Assembly (NCBI RefSeq): GCF_006345805.1
Contig: NW_021826996.1
Coordinates: 1 to 11,429, forward strand
Length of the DNA stretch: 11,429 nucleotides
Direction: 5' to 3'
Source of the DNA: Octopus sinensis
Taxonomy: Eukaryota
Shown here piece after piece: positions 8,862 through 11,429 of the stretch (positions within the stretch are counted from its first letter, which is position 1; every line of letters starts with the position of its first letter). The notes below the pieces were generated by a model. It was not told the origin of the DNA and did not search any database. It saw only the letters and a program-made list of their open reading frames with translations. The translations under genes were made by a program, and so were the position numbers.

Positions 8862-8933
8862 GGCAGTGTAGCTTAATTGGTCGAGTACTCAGTTGCTATC
8901 TAGAAGGTACGCGTTCGAGTCCCCTGGCTGTCC
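8862..8933 (+). pseudogene. tRNA-like sequence (tRNA pseudogene or solo SINE head)
   Basis: A box TAGCTTAATTGG and B box GTTCGAGTC at tRNA spacing. Acceptor stem GGCAGTG/GGCTGTC pairs 6 of 7 including wobbles. Anticodon and T stems are broken; nominal anticodon GCT but no long variable arm. Confidence 0.55.
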
Positions 8934-9031
8934 GCTGACTTTTTCTGTCATATAAGAGCAAAGTACCCAATCTTTTTGTTGTTTTCACGGCTATAGTGCG
9001 TTCGAAATACTACTTCCTCGTCTGTATATAT

Positions 9032-9320
9032 ACCATCAGACCATCAGATGTTGTTACACATCGCTGGTCACAATGCGTTCGCATTGTTTTAGCCTTCGAA
9101 TGACGCCACCCCGCTGGCTAAGTGAGCAGGCCAACAGAAGAAAGGGTGGGAGAAAGTGTGGTGAAAGAGTACAGCAGGGATCACCACTCCCTGCCGGAGC
9201 GTCGTGGAGCTTTAGGTGTTTTCGCTCAATAAACACTCACAAACGCTCGGTCTAGGAATCGAAACCGCGATCCTACGACCGCGAGTCCGCTGCCCTAACC
9301 ACTGGGCCATTGCGCCTCCA
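9032..9320 (-). mobile_element. tRNA-derived SINE (head A + tail 2)
   Basis: 9320-9135 is the reverse complement of 9958-10157 (about 90% identity by eye). It then continues into an unrelated tail (GGCCTGCTCACTTAGCCAGCGGGGTGGCG...CATCTGATGGTCTGATGG). Confidence 0.88.
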
Positions 9321-9404
9321 CATATATACACACACACACACACTATATATATATATATATTATATATATATATATATTATAATATAATATATATATATAT
9401 AATA

Positions 9405-9456
<52 letters not shown>

Positions 9457-9471
9457 ATATAATATATATTT
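9321..9471. repeat. (CA)n/(TA)n microsatellite
   Basis: Directly visible. Confidence 0.9.
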
Positions 9472-9697
9472 TATCAGCCCGCCTATTTGTCGATGTATAC
9501 AACGATAACTAATAGAAGTGACCCTAAGTGCCGGGGCTTTCTATTTTAAACAAGACCTATCCTTTTATAAATCTATCCCTCCTTAGCTAACTATCTACGT
9601 CCTTATACACCCATACCCCTTGTCATCTTCCTGGCTCGTCACCATCCATCCATCCATCCTCCCACTCACCTCCCCATTTTCTGTTATCGTCCAACAG

Positions 9698-9864
9698 GCG
9701 AGACCGTGGAACCAACCAAAGTGAACGACGTTACGATGTTATTCAGCGACATTGTAGGATTTACGGCCATCTGTTCCTCGTGCAAGCCCATGACAGTCGT
9801 TAATATGTTGAACGCCCTCTACACCCACTTCGATAACTTCTGTGGAATGCTCGATGTCTACAAG
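9698..9864 (+). CDS. GUCY1A: Internal exon of soluble guanylate cyclase alpha subunit (start of class III cyclase domain), 167 nt, phase 1 start and phase 0 end
   Basis: CAG acceptor (9695-9697) with a pyrimidine tract and a CTCAC branch-point-like motif at 9665-9669; GTAAGT donor (9865). Translates (G)[55 protein letters not shown]. Splices in frame to 7535-7673 (G|GC = Gly). Confidence 0.97.
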
Positions 9865-9957
9865 GTAAGTCTACAACGAAGTCCTTCTTCACCTTCTTTC
9901 ATTTTCTTTCATTTTATTTTCTTCGCGAAGCGGCAATGAGGTTAGTTGATTCGTTTG

Positions 9958-10342
9958 TGGAGGCGCAATGGCCCAGTGGTTAGGGCAGCGGACTCGCGGT
10001 CATAGGATCGCGGTTTCGATTCCCAGACCGGGCGTTGTGAGTGTTTATTGAGCGAAAACACCTAAAGCTCCACGAGGCTCTGGCAGGGGATGGTGGTGAT
10101 CCCTGCTGTACTCTTTCGCCACAACTTTCTCTCACTCTTACTTCCTGTTTCTGTTGTACCTGTATTTCAAAGGGCCGGCCTTGTCACTCTCTGTGTCACG
10201 CTGAATATCCCCGAGAACTACGTTAAAGGTACACGTGTCTGTGGAGTGCTCAGCCACTTACACGTTAATTTCACGAGCAGGCTGTTCCGTTGATTCGGAT
10301 CAACCGGAACCCTCGTCGTCGTAACCGACGGAGTGCTTCCAC
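9958..10342 (+). mobile_element. Full-length tRNA-derived SINE (head A + tail 1), probably tRNA-Arg related
   Basis: A box TGGCCCAGTGG (9969-9979), B-box variant GGTTTCGATTCC, and TCG at the anticodon position (GGACTCGCGGTC). Flanking direct repeat AGTTGATTCG at 9944-9953 and 10343-10352. Confidence 0.9.
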
Positions 10343-10433
10343 AGTTGATTCGAGCAGGATTTGAACCCAGAACGTATAGAACCAGAATAAATAATATAAA
10401 TCACTTTGTCAGACGTTCTTACGATTCCGCCAA
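10343..10433 (-). mobile_element. Decayed SINE head of the second family, disrupted by the 9958 SINE
   Basis: Minus strand TGGCGGAATCGTAAGAACGTCTGACAAAGTG...ACGTTCTGGGTTCAAATCCTGCTC carries A- and B-box-like motifs and resembles 4249-4319. Confidence 0.55.
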
Positions 10434-11029
10434 TATTTGCAGTTGCGTATGCGGTGTATTGAACCAAGTTTCATTAACAACCAAACACCAACATTTATAT
10501 TAATAATTTCCGTTGCGCCTAGAATATTTTTTTTCTTACGCTGGCTCGGATCAAGAAAAACTGTAAATTCTATTGCTATTCCAATAATAGTTTAGCTTCA
10601 TTTATTTTTTTATCATTTAATTTTACTTCACTTTGAGTCGCGGATCATTAATTCCTTTTCAGTCTGCCGTAATTTTCCAATAGGAAATTTATGTTTGAAT
10701 CATACATCATTAATTTCTCTGTTTGCCTTTCTGAGGTTTTTTTTTTCTTTCTGTGTGTATGTTTGTGCTTGTGTTTTTCTAGTGTTATCCGTTTTATAGT
10801 TATCGTGGAATCAATGCTTCGTTAATAATGGTCAGTGGAAACCCTTTCACCAGATCTGTTAAAACTCAGTTCATTTCTGCTGGAGTTAAGCTTTGTTTTC
10901 TTTCTTCTTCTTTATCTCCCTTCTTTCTTCATTTCTTTTTTTTATTCTTTTTCTAACTGATATCCTTTTCGCTACATTTTAATGTTTTTAATCTTCATCA
11001 TAGTCGTTTCCATCTTCCCTCACTTCCTC

Positions 11030-11278
11030 CTCCTCCCCTCCCCATCATCATCATCATCATCATCATCATCATAATCATCATCATCATCATCATCATCATT
11101 GTCTTCGACATTCGCTATCGTGATTCTCATTACCATTATGTGTACTACCACAACTACTACTACGACCACGACGATGTCGATGACTACTACTACTACTACT
11201 GCTACTACTACTACAACTACTGCTGCTACTACTGCGACTACTACAACCACAACAGCTACTATAACTACGATGATTGTA
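11030..11278. repeat. (CCT)n/(CAT)n and (CTA/CAA/CGA)n trinucleotide tracts
   Basis: Directly visible; source of the poly-D/V/T/Y ORFs. Confidence 0.9.
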
Positions 11279-11280
11279 GT

Positions 11281-11429
11281 GAAGGCGATAAATTCACTGT
11301 TGCGTCGAACAAAATGCATTGATGTATTTTGTTATGACTTTTGCATTTTCTAAGTTCGAATCCTATTGCAGTCAACTTAACCTTTTTTTTTGTTTTCTTT
11401 CGGTGGGGTTAAAATAAACTACCAGTCAA
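11281..11429 (+). mobile_element. Highly decayed SINE of the second family, running off the window end
   Basis: GAAGGCG...ACAAAATGC...GTATTTT...CTAAGTTCGAATCC (B box)...CTTTCGGTGGGGTTAAAATAAACTACCAGT; same order of motifs as 4249-4319. Confidence 0.45.

Noticed and set aside
9865-9939. Extension of ORF 9706..9939 beyond DVYK
   Set aside because: Homology ends at a perfect GTAAGT donor, so the extension is intronic read-through. The ORF's start is a GTG (Val) inside the exon.
9054-10293. Paired ORFs starting MFIERKHLKLH (9054..9236 and 10041..10226)
   Set aside because: Similar only because both derive from the same SINE head; non-coding.
1-11429. CRISPR arrays, operons, rRNA or prokaryotic signals
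   Set aside because: None seen; the window is spliced eukaryotic DNA, and its repeats are microsatellites and transposons.

Overview
Eukaryotic, AT-rich, microsatellite- and transposon-dense intronic DNA. The repeat types suggest an octopus/coleoid cephalopod (inference from SINE and LINE style, not a database match). The only supported host-gene sequence is two + strand coding exons (7535-7673, 9698-9864) of a soluble guanylate cyclase alpha subunit, covering the coiled coil and the start of the cyclase domain. Flanking exons lie outside the window. The rest is a nested repeat landscape: a non-autonomous Helitron, two decayed restriction-like-endonuclease (RLE) non-LTR retrotransposon remnants, and a head-to-tail stack of elements in (TAA)n tracts. 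There is also an 887-bp TIR DNA element with an 8-bp target-site duplication inserted in a SINE, several tRNA-derived SINEs that shuffle heads and tails, a solo tRNA-like unit and a hammerhead-like motif. Most listed six-frame ORFs are microsatellite artefacts. The most notable signals are the SINE head/tail shuffling, the long-TIR element, and inverted SINE pairs bracketing the sGC exons. I cannot support a claim of a wholly new biological system from sequence alone.
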